Shown here: positions 1 to 11,769 of the stretch, piece after piece
Position numbering within the stretch: the first letter of the stretch is position 1
Layout of the letters: the number at the start of each line of letters is the position of its first letter
Source of the DNA: Phaeosaccion multiseriatum
Taxonomy: Eukaryota; Protista; Ochrophyta, other classes
Reading direction: 5' to 3'
Length of the DNA: 64,000 nt
NCBI GenBank assembly: GCA_965112735.1
Contig: OZ218960.1
Coordinates: 2,108,001-2,172,000, forward strand
Notes under the pieces: model-generated
The model's input: the letters and a program-made list of their open reading frames with translations, nothing else
What the model was told of the DNA's origin: nothing
Database searches by the model: none
Made by a program: the position numbers and the translations under genes

Positions 1-94
1 ATAAAAATGCCATCGAGGTTCCCCTCCTTTCCTCTTGCACAGACCATGAGCCACCAGAGAGCGCAAAGATGGACTCAAAGGGAAAGAGACTTAC

Positions 95-273
95 TGTGGG
101 CACGTGCGCTGCGAGCAATCGGCTCCTGTCCATGCAAAGTCTCCGTTGGGTCGCACGTAGCACGTGCAGATGTCGTGTTGACCGCACGAGCCGTGCCCGC
201 TGCAGCTGTTGGGGCAGTAGGCCATGGTGCCCACTACCAGTGTAAGTACACACAAGACTACTCGAGCAAACAT
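95..273 (-). CDS. Tubular mastigoneme protein (Ocm1/Sig1-like, EGF-like Cys-rich), first exon; gene continues beyond the window start
   Basis: [18 protein letters not shown] signal peptide followed by [41 protein letters not shown], the N-terminal motif typical of stramenopile mastigoneme proteins; GTAAG donor at 94. Confidence 0.8.
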
Positions 274-1658
274 GGTGGTAAGTAGTGTGTGGTAGAAGTC
301 TCCCACCGGAAAGGAAAGGGAGAGAAAAGGAACGCGTGGGAGCTGTAGGCCTTGGGTGTTTGCTGCGTTTCGATTCTTTGTCGTCCTTCTACTCTTGCCC
401 TCTTGTCTCCTCTACCGCTCCTGCTACTGCTGCTGCTGCTGCTGCCGGTACTACTGCTCCTTGCGGCTTGCTGCGGCTCCTTGATGTGGTCCTGGTGCTT
501 CCTGTGTCCTCGAAACGGCTATCAAACTTGTAGTCAGTTATATATTTGGATAAGGCAGTACCGTTGACAAGACGTAACGGTTTGGGGGTTCTAAGTCAAT
601 GAACAGGCATATGGGTATCCCATCCCTCCTCCTTCTCTCTTTTCTGCCTGCCGTCGTTGATGGCCGACCCCACCAGCCTCATCTTCCAGCACCGCGCCTT
701 CAACACCTCGGACCCGCTCAGTCACAGCTGCAGCGGCCGCCGCCGTGCCCCGAACGAAATATTTCTCAACGGCACCGGCACCAGATCTTCCTCTTCCCGC
801 CAACACTCACGCACCGCTAGCACAGCGACCGCAGCATGGAGAGGCGCAAGAGGGGGACGAACAACTCCCCCTACTCATGAGCCGGAGGCCGCAAATCTTT
901 CCGGCGCCGGCAGAGGACCAGCACGCCAACATCAACAACAACAAGACGAGGACGACGTATTGACAACCACCCCCACCCGCAGGGGCAGCACCCGCTCCCC
1001 GCGCCGATGAAGCCTGTCGCACTCCTTCCCTCTCGCCAGACTCCACCACCGCGGCTCCCACAACTCGGAACCACCTCCTCCAATAGGCCACCCCCTTCTC
1101 TTCTCCTTTGCCCTAGGAGGCACCTTCTCCCCACAGGAACCTACATAGCTGGGAAAAGAATCGAACAGGGCCTGGGAAGTATCAAACAGAGAGCATAGAA
1201 GTATCAAACAGGGCCTGGGAGGCTTCCGCAGGGGGGTAACTGCAGCAGAACAGAGGCAGTATTGCAGTCGCAGCAGTGGCGAGACGCCTCGGGGGGCGGC
1301 TGTGTTTGCTTCCGTCGCTCATCTTGCCTGGTGGAGAGAGCCTCCTGCGGAAGGTGGTGCGTGTGGTGCTCAAGGACGAGAGACTGAATCAACCTGTGCT
1401 GGGTATCGCTCTCCACGGGCATCAACGCGTCTCTGCTCGCCGCCCTCCGCCCCGATGCCCACCACAGCCAGCACTGCTCCCTGCTGCACCTGCACGCAAG
1501 CAACAAGCACCACCACCGCTTCCTCTCTGGGGGATGCGGGTTACTGGTGAGTGATGGGTGACACCAGGGGCATGGTGAGTAATGGATGACACCAGTCTCG
1601 TCGGTAGACTCGTTTTTAAGGAAGTCAGTGAGTTTTTAAAAAAATAATAATACACAAG

Positions 1659-3292
1659 TTACAATATCATTGGCGACACCTCCGCACTTGTGTCGAGTTT
1701 ACTCTCGCCTCGGCTCTTGGTACTGCATAGTTCGCGCCTAATTTCAGGAGTGATCTGGGGGTGGTGCTGCACCTTTAGCAGGTCCTTGAGTCTCTCTTTG
1801 TCGGCAGCCTTGATGTCTAGCTTGTAGCGCTGCGCAAAAGTCAAGATGCTCTGGTGCCACAGCACCGGAAGCTCTCGCGTTTCCTTGACGAAGCCCACAA
1901 AGTGGTCCACCAGCCTGTCGATGACCTGTTTGTTGCACACACGCAAGGGACAGGGATTGGGGTAGAGCAGCAAGGAAGGGGGTGTAAGTACAAAACAAAC
2001 CCACCGAGCCATCTATCAAGGCAGGGCGCTGCTCCCCATGCTCACCTTGAAGGGCAAGGAGTACTTCTTGTTGAGCAGCACGCGAATGAACAGGCTCGAG
2101 GCTCCGGAGTAGGGCATTTCGGCCAGCTTGAGCAGCGCCACAGCTGAGTGATTGGCCGGAATGGACACGCGCGCGAGCACAGATCCAAAGATGGTGGCCT
2201 CCCTGAGTGAGCAATTCCCAGAGCTGGCCAGGGGTAGCAATATGCCCTTGTAAAAGGCTGCCGGCTTGTACACACTCTTCATGAGTGACTCGTAGAGGTG
2301 GTAGTTGAGGCGTCGATTGTCGGAAACGTCTTCCCGACATCGCTCAAGCAAAAATACGTTGTAGAAGCGCTGCGCCATCCTGGGGTTAAAGTTGGAGGAG
2401 AATATCCGAGTCGCCGCGTACATAGCGTGAGCGCTCCATTGGTCGGGACGCGTTAGCCACAGCACCTCCTCCCAGTTGGTCAGCGAAGGAATAATCTTGA
2501 AGGCCTTTGGCAGCTTCCCCGCCGTATACCTGCTCAAAATCTTGCCAATCTGAGTGTATACTTCCACGACTTTGGGAGGCATGCTGTCCTCCTCCTGCTG
2601 TTGAGCACCCCCATCCTCATCATTCATTGCCGCCTCCTCCTTCTCTCTAATTTTGTCCATGATGATGTCAGCCAAGTTTCTTCTAGTCCCGCCACCCATG
2701 AAGCTCGACACTAGAGCCTCCTCCGAAGCGCTGAGCTGAGAAGCTCCATAGCCATAGTCGTTCTCATCGATGACTAGCTCCTCTTCTTCCTCGCTGTCAT
2801 ATTCCTCTTCTTGCACATCGACGTCCTCAATGTCGCTGTCCAAGTCTGCATAGAACGCTGAGGGGGGACCCCGCCCCGCCCCCCTTTTCTTGCCTTCTCC
2901 AGAGGACTGCTGCTCCTGCTCTTGTCGCTGCTTAGTCGCCTGCTCCAGAATCTTCTTGGTCATCCCAGGGCTTAGGAAAGCCTCCTCCTCCTCCTCCTCC
3001 TCCTCTTCGTCCTCCTCCCCCTCCTCCTCTCCGCCCTTCATCGCGGCCTTTTGCGCGCGACTGCTGTCCACGGGCCTTGCTCTGACAGCCACCTCGGTCA
3101 AGGCATCACGTGAAATCTGAGAGGCGTTCGTTGGACGAGGCGCAGAGTTAAACAGCAGCAGTACCAAGGGGCCAAGAGGGGAAAAGAGGGGAGGAGAGGA
3201 GACCTCATCTTGCACGTCAGTGCTCACACCTGCTTTCCCAAGGGATCATGTCTAAGAGCTGGACTCTTCTTCTCCCGCTTCTCCTTTGGCAT
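1659..3292 (-). CDS. BYSL: Bystin (ENP1/BYSL), 40S ribosome biogenesis factor, 3 exons
   Basis: MPKEKREKKSPALRHDPL start; conserved YTAGKLPKAFKIIP, WSAHAMYAATRIF, LNYHLYESLMKSVYKPAAFYKG, LPVLWHQSILTFAQRYK. Confidence 0.97.
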
Positions 3293-3535
3293 CGCTTCTG
3301 TTTTGTTGTTTGCTTGTTATTATATCGCGTTCACACAGCCCTTGATTTGAGAGGAGTGGACGACGAGGAGAGGGGGACAGTATGTCAATAAATCACAGAT
3401 GGCGCTCATAACCGCTCCTCTCTCTCTACTGTTCGCCTTAGATAAAGGCAATAAGAAATGGAAGTGCATTCCGCCGGCTTCTCTTGAGAATGAGGAGAAC
3501 ACTGCCGCTGGGGCGCGTGTGCCACTCTGCGTGCG

Positions 3536-6049
3536 ATGAGCCTAACATCGGGACTCGCCTGTGACGCGAGCAAGAATCCATGGCTTCGAGGATGGGAAAT
3601 TGGGGGTCTGAAGCTGCAAGAGGAGGGCGAACACGAGGACGAGGACGAGGGGCCGCAGGAAGGACCGCAGGAAGGTGAAGACGAACACGTGAAGCTCCTC
3701 TTGCTAGACCAACTCGGCGGTGTGGATGGCCTCCTTGCCCTTTTGCGAAGCAGCGAATGGCGAGTTGTCGAGCTTTCTTGTGCTCTCCTTTCCTGCCTGT
3801 GTGCTCATCCAGATGTGGCGGGTACCATACGTCAGCGGCTGCAGACGGACATTAGCAGCATAAGTCCTGTTCTCGAACGGGGACTTGGGCGTGAAGACCA
3901 GAGCGTTTGCAGCAACGCGTGCCTGCTAGTTACATGCTGCTTTACATTCTCCAAGGATGGAGGTGCGGCCCAACCGGGTAAGAACGTCGCTTCGAGCGTC
4001 GAGGAGGACATACCTCGGTTGATAGAAGCTCTGCTCGGTCTTTTGTCGGCGCACACTGCAGCTTCCCCTGGAAGAAAGGGCGCGGATCCTTTCGGAGACC
4101 CCCAGGAGGAACAGCAGCAGCCGCAGCAGGAGGAGTATCAGCAGGAGCAACAGCAGCCCCAGCCGCCGCCAACATGGGGAATTGTTGTGCTGAGCGCTCT
4201 TCTCGCATTGAGGGCTGTTGCTGACAGAAGCGCTTTTCTGGAAAGGGGGGCAGCACAGGCATGTTTCCGTATCGTTACGTCTCGTCACCAGAGCCCGCCG
4301 ATTCTGCCGAAGAGCGGTTCTTCCCCCGAAGTTGCTACCGAGGGCGATGCCAATTACGCAGAGGCCGCCGCACAACTTGCCGCCGAAGCTGTCCTACGGT
4401 GTGTGAGGTGTGCTGCCCGCTCGAGCAGCCCAGACGGAGTCTGCGCGAAAGATGAAGAGGCAATGGGATCCTTCCCGCAGACGGGACACCATGGTGTCGC
4501 TGAGTCCCTCGTTTCATTGTGTTCGCTGGCGGACCTTATATCCCTCCTAGAGACGGACAAGGAGCACATTCAAGCACTGGCACTGCACCTTATATCCGAG
4601 GCTCTGCGGAGAGGAGTTTTAGAAGCGAAGCGAGGGGAAAACGCTGGTCGTCGAAGGGCTAGCCTCAGCCATAGCGCAAGCTTCGGCCAGAGCAACAACG
4701 ACGACACCAGCGGTGCCAGCAGTGTGCGAAGGAAAAGAATCCTGTTGCGAAGCAAAAGTGAAACCCCGAGAAAGGAAGACGTGGCGGGTGGCTTTGGTGT
4801 ATCAGGGAATGGACATGCAGGTGTGAAAACCCAACGGCTGCCGCTCCTACTCTGCGGCACCGGTGCCGTGAGGGTGATTGTCTGGTTGCTGCAGCACCAG
4901 GAAGCTGAGGTTAGGAGCTGTGCACGCAAGGCGCTGTTGCATCTGACTTTCCTCCACCCGAAGTGGTTCTTGAGCTGCGTTGAGCAAGGTTGCGTTCCAA
5001 TCCTGATGCTTGGGCAAAGCAACAGGCGAGAAAGAGGTGACCGTGAGGAGAAGGGCGAGGCGTGTCAAACAACAAGCGAAGGCCAAGATGAGCTGGCGGA
5101 CGAGTTTCGGCAAGGTGTTCTTGAGCCTCTCCAACTACAGGTTTGCGGTCCGCTCTTGCCACACCTGAATCACATGATTTCATCGCCGGGCAACGGCCTT
5201 TCCCGCTCGAATGCCGCAGTGGCCCTGGTGCTTTTGTCTACTCGACAAGGCCTCTTGGGGGAAGAGGCGATTTCTGCGGTGCTGACAATGCTCCGAACTC
5301 CAGTCGGTCGCCCGCCTGCAGTGCTGGTCCTTCGCCTCCTTGCAGCGTTCGTGGATGAGCCAGCCCCCATTTGCAACACCTTTAGAGGCCCCCATACCGA
5401 AATGGAAGCCAGCGAGCTTTGGAGAGGTCAGGCGGCGATTTCGTCTGTGGACTCGGGAGGAGGCAAGGAGGAGGACTGCATTGTATTGATTTTTGACACA
5501 AGACTCGACGGCATTCCCGTGAAAATGGCGTGTCCTCCTGCATCTCTCCTCCGTCTCGCCAGCGCAAAGCTCGGCCGATTGTTGACTTGTGCGGATACGG
5601 ACGGTATGGAGGATCCTGAGACTGAGCAAGCGCCACCCAAGAAAAAATTGGCTGTTCTGTGTGGGCGTTATCGCGTCTGGGAGGAGGTCATGGGCCATTT
5701 GGCAGCCACTCATACGTTCACAAAGGCGGCTGAGGGTTATTCGATTGCCCTTCTTACGGACATGTTCAAAATCGCCACAAGCTACGAGCTGCTTGAGCTG
5801 GCGGACGGCTACGCAGTCGAGCTGTGGGGCAGGGTGCTTCATTCCGATTTGGCCGCGGCCTTCAAGCTTCTTCAAGCGGCCTCCGGCGCAGGACATTGGT
5901 GGTTGACGCGGCACGCCTTTGGTCGACTGGTGAGTCTTCTCGATACTGCGCGCGACGGCTCCCCCGCAGAAGGGGTGGGTATGAACGATCTTATCAGCTC
6001 CTTGCGAGCCTCCATCCTCCTCCTCCTCAGTAAACAGGGCAGTCAGTAG
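3536..6049 (+). CDS. Armadillo-repeat protein with degenerate C-terminal BTB/BACK-like region (ARMC5/ARIA-like architecture)
   Basis: 837-aa single ORF; ARM-like units (LGGVDGLLALLRS..VVELSCALLSCL; GAVRVIVWLLQHQEAEVRSCARKALLHL); C-terminal ASLLRLASAKLGRLL..DMFKIATSYELLEL resembles BTB. Confidence 0.6.
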   Translation: MSLTSGLACDASKNPWLRGWEIGGLKLQEEGEHEDEDEGPQEGPQEGEDEHVKLLLLDQLGGVDGLLALLRSSEWRVVELSCALLSCLCAHPDVAGTIRQRLQTDISSISPVLERGLGREDQSVCSNACLLVTCCFTFSKDGGAAQPGKNVASSVEEDIPRLIEALLGLLSAHTAASPGRKGADPFGDPQEEQQQPQQEEYQQEQQQPQPPPTWGIVVLSALLALRAVADRSAFLERGAAQACFRIVTSRHQSPPILPKSGSSPEVATEGDANYAEAAAQLAAEAVLRCVRCAARSSSPDGVCAKDEEAMGSFPQTGHHGVAESLVSLCSLADLISLLETDKEHIQALALHLISEALRRGVLEAKRGENAGRRRASLSHSASFGQSNNDDTSGASSVRRKRILLRSKSETPRKEDVAGGFGVSGNGHAGVKTQRLPLLLCGTGAVRVIVWLLQHQEAEVRSCARKALLHLTFLHPKWFLSCVEQGCVPILMLGQSNRRERGDREEKGEACQTTSEGQDELADEFRQGVLEPLQLQVCGPLLPHLNHMISSPGNGLSRSNAAVALVLLSTRQGLLGEEAISAVLTMLRTPVGRPPAVLVLRLLAAFVDEPAPICNTFRGPHTEMEASELWRGQAAISSVDSGGGKEEDCIVLIFDTRLDGIPVKMACPPASLLRLASAKLGRLLTCADTDGMEDPETEQAPPKKKLAVLCGRYRVWEEVMGHLAATHTFTKAAEGYSIALLTDMFKIATSYELLELADGYAVELWGRVLHSDLAAAFKLLQAASGAGHWWLTRHAFGRLVSLLDTARDGSPAEGVGMNDLISSLRASILLLLSKQGSQ

Positions 6050-6138
6050 ACCAGAAAACCTCTTACCTCTAGTCTAGTATTAAATAAAAATTAATTAATG
6101 AAGAACGAAGGTAGGTATGTACATGACTGTGTCAGTAT

Positions 6139-7025
6139 TTACTTTGTCTGGTCGCCACTTTCGACGAGCAGCTCCGGCGGCAAAGGCACTCTGTTCAAGC
6201 GGCGGTGGAACTCAGGGGGCGACATGCCTTCAACCTCGCAACACACGCCAACGAAGTTAACAGCAGCATCGCCTTCCACGCTTCGCAGTGCGCCCAAGTA
6301 GAGCTGCATCCAAAAGGGCGTGCCATTGGCTCTGTAGCTGACGAAGCACAGAGTTGTGTCCCTCGATGCGGCCACGTTGTTGTTAACTATGTCAATGCTA
6401 GTTTGAGTCGTGGACGGTCCACGCAGCAACATGCAGAGGTTTTGGCCCAGCACGCCCGCCTCCTCATGCCCAACAAGACTGAGAAATTTTTCACTCACGT
6501 ACAACAGAGTCAAGCTCGGATCTGTGAGAAAGAGCGCTTGCTGCGTCCTCGACAGAAGCTCCACCTGCTTCCTGTCATTTTCCATGAGCTGCAGTGCCGA
6601 TGGCACCCGTGATCCAATGTCGTCACTCCCCAAGCCCTGACCCGTGCGACTCACCCGCCCACGTGGTCGCGACCTCGGCAAAACGTCTTTCGCCGCCTTC
6701 TCACTGCCTGCAATCGTCTTTCGCTTCGCCTCCTCCAGCACTTGGTCGGCCTCATCGGGCAGGTGCCGCTTCACAATCGTAAGGAGGCGCATATTCTCCT
6801 TCCTCAACTTCAACAACTTCTCCTCCAAGCCCTCCAGCCGCTCCTTCTTTCGATTCCTCGACTTCTTTGCGTGCTCCCGATTTCGTGCTCGTTTGTAGCT
6901 CAGCTCACCACTATCCTCTCCGTCCTCCTCGTGGTCGTCGCTATCCTCGCCATGCCGGTGGTCCTCTTCCCGGGAAAGAGCAACTGACACCACATTTCTT
7001 CTCCTCCCTGTCCCTGCTGCCGCCC

Positions 7026-7060
<35 letters not shown>

Positions 7061-7464
7061 TCCTGCAGCTGCTCCTCCTCGGCCACGATGTCACTCTCAA
7101 GGTCGAGGCCCTTCACCTCCCGCCTTGCCTCGCGCTTGCGCAGAGTCATCCTGCTCGAAGATACTGTCGAAATCGCTGCTCCAAGAACGCTGGATTCGCC
7201 CCCCAGAGCAGCGTTTTCGAGCTGCTGCCCCGCCTTGGAAGGCGGCTTCTTCTCCAGAAAGGCCTCTGTAGTAGTCGCGGCGGTGGTAGTGGCAAAAGCA
7301 GCAGCAGCTGCAGCGAAGCTCGAGTCTAGCCCTTCCTTCTCAGGGAGGCAGCCGAAGGGGGGCTCCAAGAGAGACAGCGAGTCCTCATCGTCAAACGACC
7401 CGTCGAGCGACCCGGCGTTCCCCTCGAGGAAGCCCAGCCACGACACATTCCTCTTCATACACAT
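6139..7464 (-). CDS. Aureochrome-like bZIP-LOV(PAS) transcription factor with degenerate LOV domain
   Basis: bZIP KRARNREHAKKSRNRKKERLEGLEEKLLKLRKENMRL followed by LOV-like QQALFLTDPSL..VLGQNLCMLLRGPST..YRANGTPFWMQLYLGALR..NFVGV; start placed at first ATG (7464). Confidence 0.85.
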
Positions 7465-8620
7465 GGATGGTTGTTCAAGGCCCTGGAGCCAGGCGGTAGC
7501 TTGAGAAACAAACAAGTGGTCGAAAGAAAATCAAGAAAAAGAAAATGGCTCCCATCCACTGCCATCCCACGTCTGTGCTGGTCGTTCACAATCGTATTCG
7601 CAAAAAAAAAGAAGAGACCCTGACGCACTTAATCCTCGAGTGCGGATCGACAACAATGTTGGCGGCCGATAGCGCGCTATCGAGAATATGGCGAGGTGGC
7701 AGGCTGTCAGAAGCCAGCAGGGCAGCGGCGAGCTCCCCCCCCCCAAATATTTTTTTTCTCCCCCAGACCGTCTGGCCTGACGCCCGAACAGGGGGCTACG
7801 GCCCAGAAGCCAGGAGCCAGAGAAACCTAGTGCCCGGGGGGCCGATTACATGAGGGTGTCTCGCAGCCCAGAGCCCCCCCCCCCCCCCCCCCTAAAGTGC
7901 CTCTATCGTCGAGTTGAGCAGTTCTGGTACCCGAAGGAGGGGGGGGAAGGGGAGTGCAACAAGACCCTCAGAATATTTTGTTTGGATTAGTGGCACTGCG
8001 CTACGCGAATCGCCTTTTAGGTGTCTTGGAGGTGAGTGGGCTCTCTTACTGTCGCTTCTTCCTTCTTACAGCTCTAGCATCCATCTGCTACCTCGGGACG
8101 TGCCCGAAGCCTTATGACAACCTCGTTGGATGATTGTGGCCCGCGCCTGGGCCATTGGCATGGGCGAGGAGGGCACTGTCGGGTTGTGCTGGGAGAGCGG
8201 GGTGACGGCTCCCGTTGCCTCTGCTGAGGAGCTGGGCACAAAGGCCTGCGGCGTCGCTGCCCCTGCTGCTGATTGACCACCCTACCTTCAGTAAGACTGC
8301 CCTGAGCGCCTCGGGCAGTATGCACTCTGAACACTCCGCCCGACTTCTCGTCCTCTCTCAAGGATGGACTTCCTTCCGATGTGGCGGGGGTGAAAAGCAG
8401 CAGAGCCTTGTCGTTGAGAGCTCCAGTCGAGAGCTCCAGTAATCACACCATAACTGAGACCCTGCAAGTATCACATACAGCTCCGGGTCCGGGCATATGA
8501 TCGAATGGATTCGAAGCGAAGCGATACCAGCAAACCCCCCTTCAGCAGTGAGCGCAAGTCTGTCTCCCTAGAAGCAAGCCGATGAGTGGGCTGACTGCTC
8601 CCCTGCTTCACGCGTCAGGC

Positions 8621-9376
8621 TCAGGACTGATGCGAAATCTGCGTGTCCAATCGATGGTACGCTACGGTGGGGTCCCACAGTCCTTGGACTGTGGGGTTCT
8701 CCGACAAAACAGGGTGGGGAAGCCTCTTCATCTGTGTTGGGTTGGTTGGACCGGGGCAAGCGGTGCCGATCAGCAGTGGCAAGGGGGGGGCAGAGAGAAG
8801 GCACGTGCCTTTTTCGACCCGTAGGGAGGCACAGAGAATGAGACCGCACCTTTCTTCCACTCGAATTTCGCAGCTTCATGGCGAAATGTAGCACCTCATC
8901 GGCGTTCTTGTTCTTCACGTCCATCACCTTGGGCGGCCCTTTCACTGGAGTGGGAAGCAAAGAAAGCAGACGGAACAAACTTGAGTTCACAGTTTGTAGT
9001 CTTCTCTGCTCGCCTAACCCCACCCCCGCCCTCCTTGTAGTTCGCAGTCTCCTCTTCTCTGCGCACCATTAACCACGCCCCCACTCCCCACCCCAGTTCC
9101 CTCACGTCCCTTGGCGTGGATGAGCGAGGTGCGGCAAGAACCACAGGCCAACAACGCCCGACAAGAAAAACAGTAGCCTTACGTCTCACCATAAGTGCCC
9201 ACAAGGACGGGATGTCTCCCGGGCGTGATTGCAGTAGATATCGCCGTCTCGGGTGCCTTGGTGGCGTAGTCGACCAGATGCTTGGCCAGAAAGTCGATCG
9301 TCCCCCTGCTGCTGCCGCTGTGCCCGCAGTACTTAATCGTGAGAGACTTCAGCTGGAGCACGCCTCTTGTTGCCAT
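8621..9376 (-). CDS. MRPL43: Mitochondrial ribosomal protein mL43 (L51/S25/CI-B8 family), 3 exons
   Basis: MATRGVLQLKSLTIKYCGHSGSSRG..PGRHPVLVGTY / VKNKNADEV..KLRNSSGRK / PVLSENPTVQGLWDP. Confidence 0.92.
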
Positions 9377-9484
9377 GCCAGACCTATGAGCCGGGAGGGT
9401 GGGGGGAAGAAGGAGGAGAACTGAAACTCACAGATCCTCCCTTCCATTTCCCTCTACACTTGCTTCCGTTTAAAGAGCGGCACG

Positions 9485-9523
<39 letters not shown>

Positions 9524-9571
9524 GGGGGTGATACCCGGAGGCGGCAGCAACAGGGCACCAATAGAGGGAGA

Positions 9572-9606
<35 letters not shown>

Positions 9607-9674
9607 AGAAGAAGAAGAAGAGGAGAGAGGAGGGGAGGGGACGGAAGGGGGGGCAACACATTGCCTTAAAGCCC

Positions 9675-10766
9675 ATGAGCTCCCCCAGCTCCTCCTTTTA
9701 TGACGTGACTATCAAGAAAGGAGAGGTCAGTTTTGGGGGGGAGCGGGGGTATTCCTGCTTCCCCACACTGCATGAACCTTGGTCAACTTGATGTTGTTCT
9801 CCTCCCGTACCCCCACCAGAAGCTTTGTCTGCACGATGGCTCTCCTGCCCAAGATTGTAGCCTGAGGCTGAGCTTGGGGGGACAAGTTAAGGCTACGACA
9901 ACTAAACGGAACTTGAGGGGCAAGAAGGCCGTATGGATGGAGTCTTTCTCTTTTCACACAAACTCGCCGACGGACTCTATTCTGACAATCGAGGCTGTGC
10001 ATACCACGTGAGACACACCTCGGAAAGAGAGCAGGCCGTTATATTTGCTGTCTGTCCCCAAGAACGTGACGCACTTCCTTTCTCCGCTCCCGTCAATTTT
10101 GCTTCTTGCAGGACTCGTGGAAGCGGAGAGACTTTGGGGACCGCTGCATTGAGATTGGGCGAGAGTCAGGGGGGCACTAGAACAGTGCCGTTGTACGGCA
10201 AGACGCCAGGCGATGGACAGAATATCAAAACAGGGCAGCTGAGTGTTTCCTTTTCCTTCCAAGCCGCCCCTCCGCACCAGCAGCAGAGAGACGAGGCACA
10301 GCCAGAGGAGTCACCAGAGATGAGTACTGTCGAAGCCTCGGAGGACCTCAACGCCGTGGAGGACTCACTTAAGGCACGAAAGTGCGGGTGGCTGCATAGC
10401 TGGAGCCTACTCTATATTGTTCTCTTCGGTGCTTGCGCCATAATGTACAGCAGCTGCAGCGCGCGCGGAGGCTCCCTTGTCGTTGACCCTATCGGATTAC
10501 CGAAGAAGGGACTTAGTGTCAGGTCTCCGCAGGCGCGGAGTGACACCCACTACCTCCAGCTTTTTTCAACTGGTCGGCTTGTTCTGGGGGAGAACGGCGG
10601 GTCGGGCCGGGTCTTGTGGGACAGTGGAACGGGCGTGGCGGGCGTCGCGTGCAGCAAGTGCAGCGCAAAGAAGAACCGCCAGGGCGATCTTCTCCTGGCC
10701 GACGGGAAGAAAGAAATCCTCCGGCTCGCACCGGATCATCTCATTCACAGCTTTCTTCGCCCGTAA
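9675..10766 (+). CDS. C2-domain single-pass membrane protein with C-terminal bulb(B)-lectin-like segment, 3 exons
   Basis: Spliced (introns ~9726-9819, 10008-10111): YDVTIKKGEKL..LRLSLGGQVKATT..AVWMESFSF..LTIEAVHT..ETLGTAALRL..GQLSVSFSF (C2); TM WSLLYIVLFGACAIMY; YLQLFSTGRLVL..VLWDSGT..C..GDLLLADG (lectin-like). Confidence 0.65.
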
Positions 10767-10792
10767 ATCCCTAATCACAATGTACACTGTTT

Positions 10793-11029
10793 TTAAGACG
10801 TGTCGTCCTCCTCGAAGTCGTAGACTCTGTGCCCTGCAGCAGCCAACACTTCATTACATTTTTCTTCACCCTCATACACTGCCCCAACTTGCCGTATTTT
10901 CTCATTCTCAATCCGCCTCTCTTGAAGGTTGATCACCGTCAACTGCTGCTCCCGAAGAAAGATTCCCGCCTTCGTCCCCGCCTCACCAATGGGGGAACAC
11001 GCCACGCTCTCAGCACTCCCTTTATCCAT
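10793..11029 (-). CDS. Hypothetical protein, probable last exon (5' structure unresolved)
   Basis: Open frame ..FLREQQLTVINLQERRIENEKIRQVGAVYEGEEKC..YDFEEDDTS*, stopping 26 bp from the convergent C2 gene stop, which matches the local gene-packing pattern. Confidence 0.35.
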   Translation of the reverse strand: MDKGSAESVACSPIGEAGTKAGIFLREQQLTVINLQERRIENEKIRQVGAVYEGEEKCNEVLAAAGHRVYDFEEDDTS

Positions 11030-11769
11030 GTGCGAGGCTGCTTTGCGTTCAGCAGCCCTGATTTGCCTCTCTCTTCTGATCCCTTTGCCGAATTTCTCCC
11101 CCTTCCTCTCCCCCCCCTCTGTTGAGTATACTCCTTCGCTTTTTCGCCTCCCTTTCTTCCCCGTCTTATGCTGTTCAATGAGAAGATGGATGATGTGCCC
11201 CCTTTGGTGTAGTGTTGTGGCAAAGTCTAATAACAATAAAAGTGTGATTTGTGATTTCGGGGCAACAGAAAACAGTTTCAGTTTCATTTACGTGGCCTGC
11301 ATCTCCTTCCCTCCCCCCCCCCCCCCAAGCCTCCCTTCGACCAAAAAAAAAAAAGTACGCGTTAAATCGTTCCGATCCTCCCCTTCTTCTCGACCCACAA
11401 CCTTACTAGGCTAAATCTCTCCCCCTCCCCTCCACTTCTTCCTTCACCACACACACACACACACACTGCTGCTTTACTCTCATTTTTTTTTATGCTATAC
11501 ACATGGTGATGCTATACACATAGAGAAAATCCTCTCATCATTCAAAATATGTCACTGACTCCCTCACTCTTCACCTCGTGCGTGCTTCATCAGAATAGTA
11601 CGATTTTTTCTGCGCTTGCTTACGCTCCACTTACAATACCTGACCGCGGAGCTGGTGCGTAGCTGAGTGAGCAGGTGTTGTGCAGAGCCAAGTGAGGCCT
11701 TTGGAGACGGTTGAGCCTAATTCTTCCATTCTTTTTTTCTTCTCCCAGAGGCTCTCCCCCACAAGGAGG

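Noticed and set aside
591-1091. Two in-frame minus-strand ORFs separated by one TGA (possible selenocysteine or readthrough)
   Set aside because: No redox motif or recognisable family, no SECIS seen, and the TGA lies within a GTGAGT donor-like sequence.
7914-8520. Possible spliced plus-strand gene
   Set aside because: Splice-like signals exist, but I could not assemble a credible ORF.
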